Shown here one piece after another: positions 27,088 to 37,336 of a DNA stretch of 64,000 nt. The position numbers were made by a program, and so were the translations under genes. Numbering within the stretch: the first letter of the stretch is position 1; the number at the start of each line of letters is the position of its first letter. The DNA lies in IMG/VR virus record IMGVR_UViG_3300008111_000060. One strand, given 5' to 3'. The DNA is from an uncultured virus (IMG/VR IMGVR_UViG_3300008111_000060). Its lineage: Duplodnaviria > Heunggongvirae > Uroviricota > Caudoviricetes. The notes under the pieces are model-generated. The model was not told where the DNA came from, made no database searches, and saw only the letters and a program-made list of their open reading frames with translations.

Positions 27088-27791
27088 TGAACAATCAAAC
27101 CATATATCTTAAAATAAAACAAAGGCTTAATAAGCTTGCTAGTAATGACTATGATAACATAGAGTGTTGGCAAGTTGTTGAAGCTTTTAATAAGGGTATG
27201 GTTGAGTGGTGTCGCCGTAACTTGCATGGTATTAACCAGAAGCAAGAAGGTGATGAGCAATCCAAAAGAAGAATTGATGATTTGCAAAAGCTAATGGTTA
27301 CAGAAACTATAACCATGAGTAACAAACAATTGTATTATGAATCATCAGTTTTACCAACAAATTATTTAGAATGGAAAAGAGTATCTGCTAAATCTAAAAA
27401 TAATTGTTGTGAAGATCCTCGCCGGATGGTTATCTACTTGGCAGAAGAAGCTAATGTGGATGAACTACTCAGGGATAAGAACAAACAACCAAGCTTTGAA
27501 TGGGCAGAAACTTTTGTAACATTAATTGATAATAAATTTAGAATATACACTGACAACAAGTTTGAAGTTCAAGATGTTGTCTTAACATATTATAGACAAC
27601 CTGTAAGAATACAAATACTAAACTGTGTAGATCCTTATACACAATTAGCATCTACTCAAGAAGTAGAATGCGAGTTTAAAGATGACTTAGTAGAGTTATT
27701 TGTAGATGAGGCTGTTAAAATTTTAGCTGGTGATATTGAATCAATGAATCAATATACTAGAGCTCAACAATCAGTAGAAGGAAATAACTAA
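27087..27791 (+). CDS. Putative head-tail adaptor / ring protein
   Basis: crAss-like gene order; KRRIDDLQKL, LTYYRQP and ELFVDEAVKIL motifs. Confidence 0.65.
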   Translation: MNNQTIYLKIKQRLNKLASNDYDNIECWQVVEAFNKGMVEWCRRNLHGINQKQEGDEQSKRRIDDLQKLMVTETITMSNKQLYYESSVLPTNYLEWKRVSAKSKNNCCEDPRRMVIYLAEEANVDELLRDKNKQPSFEWAETFVTLIDNKFRIYTDNKFEVQDVVLTYYRQPVRIQILNCVDPYTQLASTQEVECEFKDDLVELFVDEAVKILAGDIESMNQYTRAQQSVEGNN

Positions 27792-27799
27792 TTTATATA

Positions 27800-28180
27800 A
27801 TGGAAAAGCCAAGATTATTACAAAGAACAAATGCAGAATACAGTGCCCCTGCTAGTGGTGGATTAGATACTATGGTAAGTGCTTGCGTATCTGAGCTTAT
27901 GAATGCAGCAACATCTATTCATAAGTTACACCTTAAAGTAACTGGTGCAGGATCATATGCTGCACACAAAGCTTTGAATGAATTATATGATGCTTTACCA
28001 GGACATGCTGATGATTTAGCAGAAGCATTTCAAGGAGCTTCAGAAAAGTTATTGGAATACAAAGATGTAGCTCCAAGACAATTAGGATCAGTAGCTGATG
28101 CTATTGCTTATCTTAGAGAGATGACTCAGATGGTATCTAACTTACAAGCTAAGATGCCTTATAGTGAAATAGTAAATGAC
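27800..28180 (+). CDS. Ferritin/Dps-like (DUF5856-like) protein; C-terminus apparently deleted
   Basis: HKLHL...SYAAHKALNELYD...ADDLAEAFQG; after EIVND the frame runs through an A-rich leader and overlaps the next gene out of frame to 28438. Confidence 0.65.
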
Positions 28181-28209
28181 TTTATTTATAAACTCAAAAA
28201 CAAAAAACA

Positions 28210-29784
28210 ATGGCTTATTTTAATCACGCGTTTACAAAGCGCTTCTTGGCCAACGGGCCAACACTTTCACCAGCATCTCCAAATGCTCAAAATCCAGCAA
28301 CGGAGTATGGTTTTATTACTACTAAAAATGTTCCTTCTAGCTATATTGCTACAATGGGATACTCTACACCAGGCGGATCTTATCAAGGTTATTTTGGATT
28401 CGTTAATCCAAAAGATTACACTGTACAAAATGATGTAGGATGTCCTTTCATGATTGCGGGATCTTCTCTTTTAAGAAAAGACAAGATTGGACCTTTCCAT
28501 GGTGGATACCAAGAGTCTAACAAATCTAAGATAATCAATCCTAAGTATGTTAGTCAAGTTTATGGTGTAGAAGCATGTACTCCTCAGCAAGCAGTTGTTT
28601 CTATCGGAAACACTCCTTACACTGATGATCAAGCTATTACAGCAGTTTTAGATGATGTTGGTGCAAATTTATTAGATGGTTCCTATAATGATGTAGCTTT
28701 AAATGGCGGATCAGGTTCAGGTGCTACTGGTAACTTTATAGTATCTGGTGGTGAAGTTGTTTCTTTTACATTAGTAGATGAAGGAACTGGTTATTCTGAT
28801 GGTGATATTTTAACAGCTGATTTACAAGGTAATGGTGGTTCACTAGAAGTTAATCAACCTACAGTAGAAATTACTGTTGCAGGTCAAGCTGCAGGTTGCT
28901 GCTACCAATTTTTATGTGGTGAAACATATTACTTAAGAATTGATGTTAAAGGTTCTCCTGCTTTGCGTTACTTAAATCACAACGCTTACCAAACACTTGA
29001 TGCTTACACAGGATGTTGCGAAGGTCCTACTCCAACTCCAGTAGATTCTACTTTAGTGTTTATTAAGTGGGCTGAGAGATTAAAAGAAAATCAATATATC
29101 AATCCATTCATCTTCCCAGTTGTTTATGATCAAGGTGGTAATGCTTGGTATGCTCCAGGAACTACTGAAGATCCATTAGGAGTATCTGTATCTGCATCAC
29201 AATGGTGGTCTAACTACGTAACTCCAGGATACCAAGAAGATAAATGTGGCGGTTTAAGATTATTTGGAGCATATGTTGAAACTAAGTTCTTAACATGTTC
29301 TTTCCAAATTACTGATTTCTTCGAAAAAGAACCAGTTAAAATCTTAGCATCAATGGTTGATTACACTGGAGATCCTTGTACTTTTGAAGGAATCTGTGTA
29401 GTAACTGAGTGTCCTGCTTTGATGGGTAATGGATTTGGTGAGCAAGTATTACGTGATGTAATCTTAGCACAATCTTACTTACAAAACTATGTGCACAGTG
29501 ATATTCGTATCAGGGAGATTACTCAAGGTAATGATATCTTGGATGCTGTAGATCGTAACTTCTTGTATACTCGTTACTATATCTTACATAATGTACCTCG
29601 TTTCAACAACCCAACTGGTGTGTTTGATAATGATCAATACTTAGTAGAGATTATTACTACTAATAGAATAACATCTTTAGAAAGCAAACTTAATGAGTTA
29701 GCTAAAAATGCTGGCAACTGTGAAGATTTTGTAGTATATTCTTGCAACCCTTGCGATATTATTCCTACAAATCCTCAACTTTAA
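28210..29784 (+). CDS. Abundant structural protein (auxiliary capsid/collar candidate) with an inserted GxGY module
   Basis: High-expression codon bias, A-rich leader, strong terminator downstream. Confidence 0.7.
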   Translation: MAYFNHAFTKRFLANGPTLSPASPNAQNPATEYGFITTKNVPSSYIATMGYSTPGGSYQGYFGFVNPKDYTVQNDVGCPFMIAGSSLLRKDKIGPFHGGYQESNKSKIINPKYVSQVYGVEACTPQQAVVSIGNTPYTDDQAITAVLDDVGANLLDGSYNDVALNGGSGSGATGNFIVSGGEVVSFTLVDEGTGYSDGDILTADLQGNGGSLEVNQPTVEITVAGQAAGCCYQFLCGETYYLRIDVKGSPALRYLNHNAYQTLDAYTGCCEGPTPTPVDSTLVFIKWAERLKENQYINPFIFPVVYDQGGNAWYAPGTTEDPLGVSVSASQWWSNYVTPGYQEDKCGGLRLFGAYVETKFLTCSFQITDFFEKEPVKILASMVDYTGDPCTFEGICVVTECPALMGNGFGEQVLRDVILAQSYLQNYVHSDIRIREITQGNDILDAVDRNFLYTRYYILHNVPRFNNPTGVFDNDQYLVEIITTNRITSLESKLNELAKNAGNCEDFVVYSCNPCDIIPTNPQL

Positions 29785-29804
29785 TTAATTAATTGTTAAA
29801 CAAT

Positions 29805-29843
29805 AAAAAGGAGAGTAGAGTGTAGACTCTTCTCTCCTTTTTT
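29805..29843 (+). terminator. Intrinsic terminator (potentially bidirectional)
   Basis: aaaaaggagag...ctctcctttttt. Confidence 0.85.
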
Positions 29844-29865
29844 GTTTATATTAGCAGAAAAAAAT

Positions 29866-30417
29866 ATGGCAAGACACGTATTAAGTTTAGAGGTGCCGGA
29901 TACTATGAATAAAAGTATTCTGCGTATTATGGATACTAGCATCTATGCACCAAACTTAGATGTTAAGTGCCAATTATTGCAAGTTACTCTACCAGGATTT
30001 GCAGTTCCAGAAAATTTTGAATATCCTCAAATAGAGGAAGGATTTGCTTTAAATTTAACAGCTTGTGATTTTGGTGTTCAAACTACAGAGTGTGGAACTA
30101 ATTACTGGGATTTATCTGATGGAATCTATATTATAAAATATAGTGTTTCACCAAATGAATTAGTATATGTTGAATATAATCACTTGAGAATCACTCAAGC
30201 TCTTTGGAGATATAATAATTTACTATGTGAGATGGATTATCCTTCTTGTGAACCATCTGCAGAGATGAAAGATAAATTGAATAAGTTAAGATTAATAAAA
30301 ACTTATCTTGATGCGGCTAAAGCCAAAGTAGAATATTGTCATCAACCTGATAGAGGAATGATGCTTTATAACTACGCGATCAAGATGTTAGATAAATTAG
30401 ATTGTAAATCGTGTTAA
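29866..30417 (+). CDS. Putative tail ring/neck protein (start revised to MARHVL)
   Basis: LSDGIYIIKYSV motif; position in the structural module. Confidence 0.6.
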   Translation: MARHVLSLEVPDTMNKSILRIMDTSIYAPNLDVKCQLLQVTLPGFAVPENFEYPQIEEGFALNLTACDFGVQTTECGTNYWDLSDGIYIIKYSVSPNELVYVEYNHLRITQALWRYNNLLCEMDYPSCEPSAEMKDKLNKLRLIKTYLDAAKAKVEYCHQPDRGMMLYNYAIKMLDKLDCKSC

Positions 30418-30436
30418 ACCTTAAAAACCAACCAAT

Positions 30437-30640
30437 ATGATTTGTAACAATTGTAGAATGAAAATGGGCTGCGGCTGTAATAAGAGAACAGCTTCAGACG
30501 GAAAAAGCTGCTGTGCATCTTGCATTAATGCTTATGAATTACAACTTAAAGTGCTTAAAAATACTAATCCTAATCTACCAGGAAATAATACAATAGCACC
30601 ATCTAATGTATCATCAAGCGGTAGTATTTTTAAAAAATAA
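30437..30640 (+). CDS. Small Cys-rich (metallothionein-like) protein
   Basis: CNNC...GCGC...SCCASC. Confidence 0.7.
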   Translation: MICNNCRMKMGCGCNKRTASDGKSCCASCINAYELQLKVLKNTNPNLPGNNTIAPSNVSSSGSIFKK

Positions 30641-30646
30641 AGATTA

Positions 30647-33600
30647 ATGGCTAATTTCTTTTATAAAGTAACATTTGTATCTTGTTGTGATGGAACAGTT
30701 ATAGAACTTCAAATACAAACAAGTCAAGTTAATAGTTACCTAACAATAGGTAATACTTATCTTTATAATGGAGTTGAACCTTCTTTAATCAATGGTAAGT
30801 GTTATACTTATACTGTAAATACAGAAACAACAGTTAACGGATATACTACAGTTCCTCCTGTTGAAGATTTTACTTTACAAGATAATTGCCAAGATCCAGA
30901 ATGTCAAACCTGTAGTGGTGGAAATTGTGTTTGCCCTCCGGGTTATGAGCCTAATGAAGCAGGCGATGCTTGTGTTCAAACTGAAATAATACCAGCTATA
31001 CCACCTACAGAATTATTATTCTGTGGCAATAATGTTGGAACAGATCCTCAGTTTGGTATTGAGTATTTTGGTTCTCTTAATAATTATGTTTGGCCACTAT
31101 TAACAGTGCCTCAAAATAACAATTATGTTAGTACCACTAACATGACTCCTATTCCAAATTCTGGAAATAATTTGTTAACAGGAGATGCTTGGACAAGTAT
31201 TAGTCCTGCTGCTCAGATGAGTGGGGCTCATACTCCAATAATAAGTCCTGATTTTGCAAGACCCTATCCTAGTCCTAATCCTTTAGGATTACCTATAAAT
31301 TCTAGTCCTTCGGGATTAACAACTTCTTATCCTTATCCTTTATATCAAAGTACTATAACAAGTGGTGTATTGAATTATGGGCAAGGTCCTGAAGTAACTC
31401 CTATAGCATACACATCTTTTTTTCCGACTTTTCCACAGCCTTTTTCAACTTACTTTGGTCAAGGTTATTTAGGAAATAAAGGTGTATGGAATTATCAATT
31501 AGGTGTAAATGTTGAAAATCAATGGGCTGGATTTATAGCATGTTTAGAACCTGAAGTTGAAACTACTTATTTAATTACCGCGGTTGGTAATAATGGTATA
31601 AGAGTAATAATAGACGGAGTCCTTGCTGTAGAAATAATATCTGGTGATGGAGGAACACAGGCTTTAAATCTTATTAATACATATGAAATAACTTTACCTG
31701 CTGGTTTACATTCTATAAGACTAGAATGTTTTAATTACTCGGGTAGTGGTGGATTAGCTGCTGATATTTTTGAGTGTAGTTATTCTCAGTTTGCAGCAGT
31801 AACCACTTTAGCTCAACTAGAAGCTTTGGTTAGATTTTCTACTTTTTGGAAAAGAGCTAGAAATATGACAATTGCTTCTACCGGGTCTGATGTAGTAACT
31901 ATAAGCGGTGATGTTACAAAACCAAGTGATGTACAAGGTTACTTTGATTCAGCAGGTTTTCCAGCTAATGCTTTTGTTATAGAAGTGTTAGATTCTGTAA
32001 CTTATAGATTTAATCAAAATATTCCTGCTGGAGCATATACTGGTAAACTTAGATTTTTATTTACAGCATCTAGCGATCCTGATACAGCTTTTTCTTGTCC
32101 TGATGGATATGTATTAGGAACTTGTGATGGATTAATTTGTTATAAAACAACTGAAGTTCCTTGTCAAGAGTTTGATTATTATACTCTAAATGATTGTTGT
32201 ACAAATCTTCCATATGAGATTGAGGGAGAACCACTTGTCTTAAGATTTGATGGTGTTTGTTATGATATCGGATTATGTCCAGAAGATTTGATAAATCTTG
32301 TGATAACAAGTATATCTAATGAATCTGGTATAGATATAACAGGATGTTTAAAGTTAGTAGAGATAACAGATAATATACCTGAACAAACTGCTAATTTTTC
32401 TACTGTTATACAAGAAGTAGAAACCGTTCCTACTTGTGCAGAGTGTATTACAAATTATAGATTAGTATTTTGTGATCCTACAATTCCATCAATTGATACA
32501 TTTACAGATTTATCAACAGTTGTTGGTCAAAATATTCTTGTTGAAGTTAATGGTATACAAAGATGTGCTACTGTTGAACAAACTAATAATTGTGATAATC
32601 TAGTAGAAGTAATTACACAATTAGAAACATGTAGTTGTGAAAAATGTTATATTCTTACTAATTGTATAATAGAAGGTGTACCTCCAATCATTGTTACAAA
32701 TGATTTGGCACAATATGTAGGAGATACAATTTACTTGTGTGCAGATAACTTTCCGAGTAATCCAACACCTCCAGTAGACCCTGGTGTTCCTTTTTCTATT
32801 CCGGGAGATAGTCCAATATATAAAGGTAAACTAATAAACTGTTGTGATTCAACAGATATTAGATATGTAACTAATAATTTTCAAGGATACTTGTCAGTAG
32901 GTGTACTTGTTATACCTAATATAGATAGCCCATCAGGTGGTTCTACAAAATGTTGGATTTATGAAAAAACTGATGAGCAAAGTCAACCTTATTATTTTGC
33001 GGATTTAACAGGAGCTAAATACTATCAAAATTGCACAGTTTGTAATCAGCAAAATCCTTGTACTATTTATCCTGAAATAGGAGAATGTTATTGCTATGAA
33101 GTACAAGAATCAGAAACTTGTGATGGTGCTTTAACATTAACCTTACCAGCAATAATAGAATCTTTTGATGATTGTTTAGAGTGTAAAACTCAAAAAATAC
33201 CAGAGTGCTATTTAATAGTTGATTGTGAAGATAATCAAAACACTTTACTAATTCAAAATGATTTATCTGCTTATGTAGGTAAAGTAATTAAGATACAATA
33301 TTGTGATACTTGTTGGACAGTTTTACCTCCTATACAAAATTGTAATGGTTCAATACAAACAACAATTGTTGCTTCTTTTGATACTTGTGTAGAATGTTTA
33401 CCTCCTCCTCCAGAACCTGAATCTAAGTTAATTCCTAGAAGAATACCTCCAGGATATACAACACCTGGATGTCCTCCAGAGTATACTGAGAAAGTAAACT
33501 GTGCTTTTGCTAAACAAGCTTTAGATAAGATGTCTTCTATTAGATATGGTATTAATAGTTGTTGTGAAGAAGACTTTGATTCTCAAGATATTAAAAAAAG

Positions 33601-33871
33601 ATTATTAGATTTAAAAGCTATTAACACAGCTACATCAGAGTTGTTACCTTTAATTTGTAAATGTTATAGATTACAAGTAACATCGGGTAATGTAGAATTT
33701 AAATATATTTCTTGCGATGGGCAATTAACTTATGTAACTTTGGGAGAAGATGAAGATTTGAGTTTACTAAAAGTGTGTGCTCAAACTTATCCTAGACCAG
33801 TTTGTCCAGAAGCAGGAGTTGTTTATAGCGTTATTGTTGAGAATAATTGTGTTAATGGAACTTGTTTATAA
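30647..33871 (+). CDS. Large Cys-rich repeat protein with a PA14-like domain (putative tail hub/fibre)
   Basis: Repeated Y.L..C...DLS.YVG..I...C..V...C..C modules; PA14-like NNGIRVIIDG...ITLPAGLHSIRLE. Confidence 0.75.
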   Translation: MANFFYKVTFVSCCDGTVIELQIQTSQVNSYLTIGNTYLYNGVEPSLINGKCYTYTVNTETTVNGYTTVPPVEDFTLQDNCQDPECQTCSGGNCVCPPGYEPNEAGDACVQTEIIPAIPPTELLFCGNNVGTDPQFGIEYFGSLNNYVWPLLTVPQNNNYVSTTNMTPIPNSGNNLLTGDAWTSISPAAQMSGAHTPIISPDFARPYPSPNPLGLPINSSPSGLTTSYPYPLYQSTITSGVLNYGQGPEVTPIAYTSFFPTFPQPFSTYFGQGYLGNKGVWNYQLGVNVENQWAGFIACLEPEVETTYLITAVGNNGIRVIIDGVLAVEIISGDGGTQALNLINTYEITLPAGLHSIRLECFNYSGSGGLAADIFECSYSQFAAVTTLAQLEALVRFSTFWKRARNMTIASTGSDVVTISGDVTKPSDVQGYFDSAGFPANAFVIEVLDSVTYRFNQNIPAGAYTGKLRFLFTASSDPDTAFSCPDGYVLGTCDGLICYKTTEVPCQEFDYYTLNDCCTNLPYEIEGEPLVLRFDGVCYDIGLCPEDLINLVITSISNESGIDITGCLKLVEITDNIPEQTANFSTVIQEVETVPTCAECITNYRLVFCDPTIPSIDTFTDLSTVVGQNILVEVNGIQRCATVEQTNNCDNLVEVITQLETCSCEKCYILTNCIIEGVPPIIVTNDLAQYVGDTIYLCADNFPSNPTPPVDPGVPFSIPGDSPIYKGKLINCCDSTDIRYVTNNFQGYLSVGVLVIPNIDSPSGGSTKCWIYEKTDEQSQPYYFADLTGAKYYQNCTVCNQQNPCTIYPEIGECYCYEVQESETCDGALTLTLPAIIESFDDCLECKTQKIPECYLIVDCEDNQNTLLIQNDLSAYVGKVIKIQYCDTCWTVLPPIQNCNGSIQTTIVASFDTCVECLPPPPEPESKLIPRRIPPGYTTPGCPPEYTEKVNCAFAKQALDKMSSIRYGINSCCEEDFDSQDIKKRLLDLKAINTATSELLPLICKCYRLQVTSGNVEFKYISCDGQLTYVTLGEDEDLSLLKVCAQTYPRPVCPEAGVVYSVIVENNCVNGTCL

Positions 33872-33891
33872 TATTAAAATTTAAATAAAAG

Positions 33892-35364
33892 ATGAAACCT
33901 TTAAATGCTGATAACCCATCTTGTAATCCAATATCATCAAATTGTGTGATATGGCAAGGTCCAGATATACCTTGTATTTCCTTATGTAAAGGGGATAGTA
34001 TATCACTTGTTGTTTACAAGTTAGCTACAGAACTTTGTACTTTACTTGAGCAAACAAATGTTGATAATTATGATCTTGAATGTTTAAATACAGGTTGTGG
34101 TCCAAGCAATTTTCAACAATTAATACAAATATTAATTGATAAGATTTGTAATTGCTGTGATGGCGGAGTTACTCCTACTCCATCAACAAATAAGGAACTT
34201 GATGAAGAAGTAGTTATTGCACCTTGTTTCCAATATACTAATGGAACAGGTGATCTTGTTACAACAATGACTGTTTTAGATTATGTTCTTGCTATAGGAA
34301 ATAAGGTGTGTAATCTAGTAAGTCAAATTACTACAATAAATTCTATATTAGCTCAATACAATATTAGAATTGAAGCATTAGAAAATGCGCCGCCTCCTAC
34401 TTTTACATTACCATCTGTTCTACCAGGTTGTTTAATAAGTCCTAGTAATGTAGGTGTACCTATGAATATTGCTTTACAAGAGTTGATTACTCAATTCTGT
34501 TTATTGCAAGGTGCAACAGGTTTACCTATAGATATATTAAATTCAATTACTTTTCAGTGTCCTGATTTAACTAATCAGCCTCAGTTAAGTAACTCTGCTA
34601 GTTCTATGGGTAGCCTAGTAGGTTGGAATTCTACAGTAGAAAACTTATCTGATTCAATCACAAACATGTGGTTAACAATCTGTGATATAAGAGCTGCTGT
34701 GAATAATATTCAACAAACTTGTTGTCCTAGTGGATGTGAAGGTGTTAGTGTTATTCTAGATGGATATGTTACTGGTACAGATTTACACTTAGTAGTAACT
34801 GGATCTATTCCTTCAGGATTAGTTCAGTGTGCTCCTGGTACAACTACCTTTACTATATCTGATCAAAGCGGTAATACAATTACTAGAACTGGTGATGTAG
34901 TTACTAACTTAAATAATCCAACAGGATTAGTATATAACTTAACAGGAACAGGTATTAATACTGCAGATAACTTAAATATTACAGCTACCTTATGTTTAAA
35001 TAGTACATCTGGAGCAACTGTAACATGTCAAAGTATTCTACAAGTTACTGTGTTTAATAATGCTCTTTGTCCTACTTTAACACTTAGTCCAAGTAGTACA
35101 TCAATAGGATATACAGGATCTGTTGTAGCAGGAACAGCTACTTATGTTGTTCAATTGTGGGATGAGTTTGGTTTAGTATTGATTGCATCTACTACTTTAT
35201 CAGGTTCATTTACTGGATTAACTCCAAATACAACCTATAGAGTAAGAGTATTAGTTATACCAGCTGCAGGTGAGCAATATAATTGTCCTCCTACTTTAGT
35301 AACAACTATACCATCATTGTGTTTAGCACCAATTAATGTATCATCAGAAATAATAATACCATAA
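33892..35364 (+). CDS. Cys-rich structural protein with a C-terminal FN3-like domain
   Basis: SSNCVIWQGPDIPC; FTGLTPNTTYRVRV. Confidence 0.75.
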   Translation: MKPLNADNPSCNPISSNCVIWQGPDIPCISLCKGDSISLVVYKLATELCTLLEQTNVDNYDLECLNTGCGPSNFQQLIQILIDKICNCCDGGVTPTPSTNKELDEEVVIAPCFQYTNGTGDLVTTMTVLDYVLAIGNKVCNLVSQITTINSILAQYNIRIEALENAPPPTFTLPSVLPGCLISPSNVGVPMNIALQELITQFCLLQGATGLPIDILNSITFQCPDLTNQPQLSNSASSMGSLVGWNSTVENLSDSITNMWLTICDIRAAVNNIQQTCCPSGCEGVSVILDGYVTGTDLHLVVTGSIPSGLVQCAPGTTTFTISDQSGNTITRTGDVVTNLNNPTGLVYNLTGTGINTADNLNITATLCLNSTSGATVTCQSILQVTVFNNALCPTLTLSPSSTSIGYTGSVVAGTATYVVQLWDEFGLVLIASTTLSGSFTGLTPNTTYRVRVLVIPAAGEQYNCPPTLVTTIPSLCLAPINVSSEIIIP

Positions 35365-35365
35365 A

Positions 35366-35974
35366 ATGAGCTGTAAAACTTGTAAATGTAAAACAACACC
35401 ATGCGGATGCGAGGATCAAGGTTTAACCACTCCTCCATCTTGTGGTAGTATAAATTGTCCTGAACCAGAACCTTGTGCAGAAATCTTTAGTGATTGTTGT
35501 ATTGTTCATAGTGGGGATAGTTATGCTTATATAGATGCTGAGATTCCTACAGAGCAACCTCAAGGTAATGAAATAGCACCTCAGTATATTGAACCACCTT
35601 CGGTAAAACCACCTTTTATTGTAAATCAAAATGAGAGACTTTGTGATTTTTTTCAAAGATATCTTGCTTATAATAATTGTGATAGTTTTACTAATGATCA
35701 AATTCCTTATGGTTTACATTCTAATATTATAGCTTCTACTAGTATAAATATTGGTTGGACAGCAGGAATAGCAGTTGAGAGTTATGATATCTACTATGCA
35801 CCTGTTAGTACTGGTGTATTTGTAGCAGCTGGATCTGTTGGTCCAAGCACTACTCCTAATGCAACTATTACAGGCTTAACTCCTAACACAGAATATTATG
35901 TTTGTGTAAGAAGTTATATTGAAGGTGAACCTAGTTGTTTATCGGTTTCTCTAATAATAAAAACTAAATTATAA
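35366..35974 (+). CDS. Cys-rich protein with an FN3 domain
   Basis: CKTCKC..PCGC; STSINIGW...YDIYY...ITGLTPNTEYYVCVRS. Confidence 0.78.
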   Translation: MSCKTCKCKTTPCGCEDQGLTTPPSCGSINCPEPEPCAEIFSDCCIVHSGDSYAYIDAEIPTEQPQGNEIAPQYIEPPSVKPPFIVNQNERLCDFFQRYLAYNNCDSFTNDQIPYGLHSNIIASTSINIGWTAGIAVESYDIYYAPVSTGVFVAAGSVGPSTTPNATITGLTPNTEYYVCVRSYIEGEPSCLSVSLIIKTKL

Positions 35975-35978
35975 AATA

Positions 35979-37202
35979 ATGATAGCCACACTTAGTATAA
36001 CATTTACTCCACAAACTAGTATAAATCATAGAGTTTGTTGGAAAGAAACAACAGATAGTTTATATGATTGTTCTACCATTGCAACAAGTTGTATAGCAGG
36101 AATACCAAAAACAGTTACTATAAGTGTTACTGTTTTTAATGAATCATGTGATCCAATTGTTTATGAAGGATATGTTCAACCTGTTTGTGAACCAGAAGCA
36201 TCTTTACTTGCTAGAACTTCTTTTCCAAATATAACTTTTACACCTGATAATCCTTGTTTATTCTGGCAAGCAACATGTGCTCCCGGAGTAGAAGAGGTTG
36301 ATGTAATTGATCAAGGATCTGGTTATACTCCAGGTTCTACAATAAATCCTACAATAACGGGAGATGGCGCTGGAGCTGCTGCAACTTGTTATGTTACAGA
36401 TGGAACACTTGCTGCAGGATTTCCTTTAACAATTACAAATCCGGGAAGCGGATACAATGATGGCTTTTACACTTTTGTGCATGTTACAAATGTTTCTTCT
36501 TCGGGTGTTAATGCTAGATTAGAAGTTCAAGTTACAGGAGGAGTAGTTGTAAGTGCTATTAGATATCAAAATAATGGTGGTACAGGATATGCTCCTGGCG
36601 ATACTATAAGTATTGATAATACTACAGGTGGTATGGGTGGAGTAGGTTCTGGTGCAGTATTTACACTTGATGCTTCTACTGTTTTAAGTGGTACAATTGA
36701 TTATTGCAATGTTACTGCTTCTGGTTCTGGTTATATTACAGTAGGTTATACTATTAGCGGTAATGCTATTTTAGATGTTGTATTAACAGATTGTGATGAT
36801 ACTTATGTATTTGGTGTAGATTGTGATGGTAACACAGTACTACCATATGCTACAAATTTTAGTGCAAAACTTATACCTGGACAAATAATTAATATGTGTC
36901 ATTCCCAATCATTACCTGATCCTGTTCCAGATGTGAAGAATACTTGGTCAGTAGAACAAAGAGAAGATCTTTGCTGCTATGATTGTGAGCAAGTTAATTT
37001 AACACTTGCATTAGGAAATTATGGAACATATAACTATTCTTATATTCGTTGTTCAGATTTACAAACAGTGCAAGATTCTTTAATATATGATGGAGTAGAA
37101 GTACCTGTTCCACCTATTGAGATTGTGTGTTATGTTAAAGGAAGCTTACTAACACATCCTGATATAAACATTATAGGCCCTGTAGCTTGTGCAGTAATAT
37201 AA
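35979..37202 (+). CDS. Cys-containing structural protein with GSGY/GTGY repeats
   Basis: DQGSGY, NPGSGY, GGTGY and SGSGY units. Confidence 0.75.
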   Translation: MIATLSITFTPQTSINHRVCWKETTDSLYDCSTIATSCIAGIPKTVTISVTVFNESCDPIVYEGYVQPVCEPEASLLARTSFPNITFTPDNPCLFWQATCAPGVEEVDVIDQGSGYTPGSTINPTITGDGAGAAATCYVTDGTLAAGFPLTITNPGSGYNDGFYTFVHVTNVSSSGVNARLEVQVTGGVVVSAIRYQNNGGTGYAPGDTISIDNTTGGMGGVGSGAVFTLDASTVLSGTIDYCNVTASGSGYITVGYTISGNAILDVVLTDCDDTYVFGVDCDGNTVLPYATNFSAKLIPGQIINMCHSQSLPDPVPDVKNTWSVEQREDLCCYDCEQVNLTLALGNYGTYNYSYIRCSDLQTVQDSLIYDGVEVPVPPIEIVCYVKGSLLTHPDINIIGPVACAVI

Positions 37203-37208
37203 AAAATT

Positions 37209-37237
37209 GTCATGGTTTGGTTGGTTTCCACTGTGAC
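37209..37237 (+). ncRNA. Hairpin whose loop is antisense to late-gene leaders
   Basis: GTCATGG-TTTGGTTGGTTTCCA-CTGTGAC; reverse complement contains AAACCAACCAAACCATG. Confidence 0.4.
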
Positions 37238-37243
37238 TGGCAG

Positions 37244-37278
37244 GCAAGAAAGGCTCAGGTAACTGGGCCTTTTGCTTT
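37244..37278 (+). terminator. Intrinsic terminator, GTAA loop
   Basis: aaaggctcag-gtaa-ctgggccttt-tgcttt. Confidence 0.75.
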
Positions 37279-37336
37279 AAAATGATTATTTTTAAAAAGT
37301 AAAAAATATTAGTATATTAACGGTAATTTATTTAGT

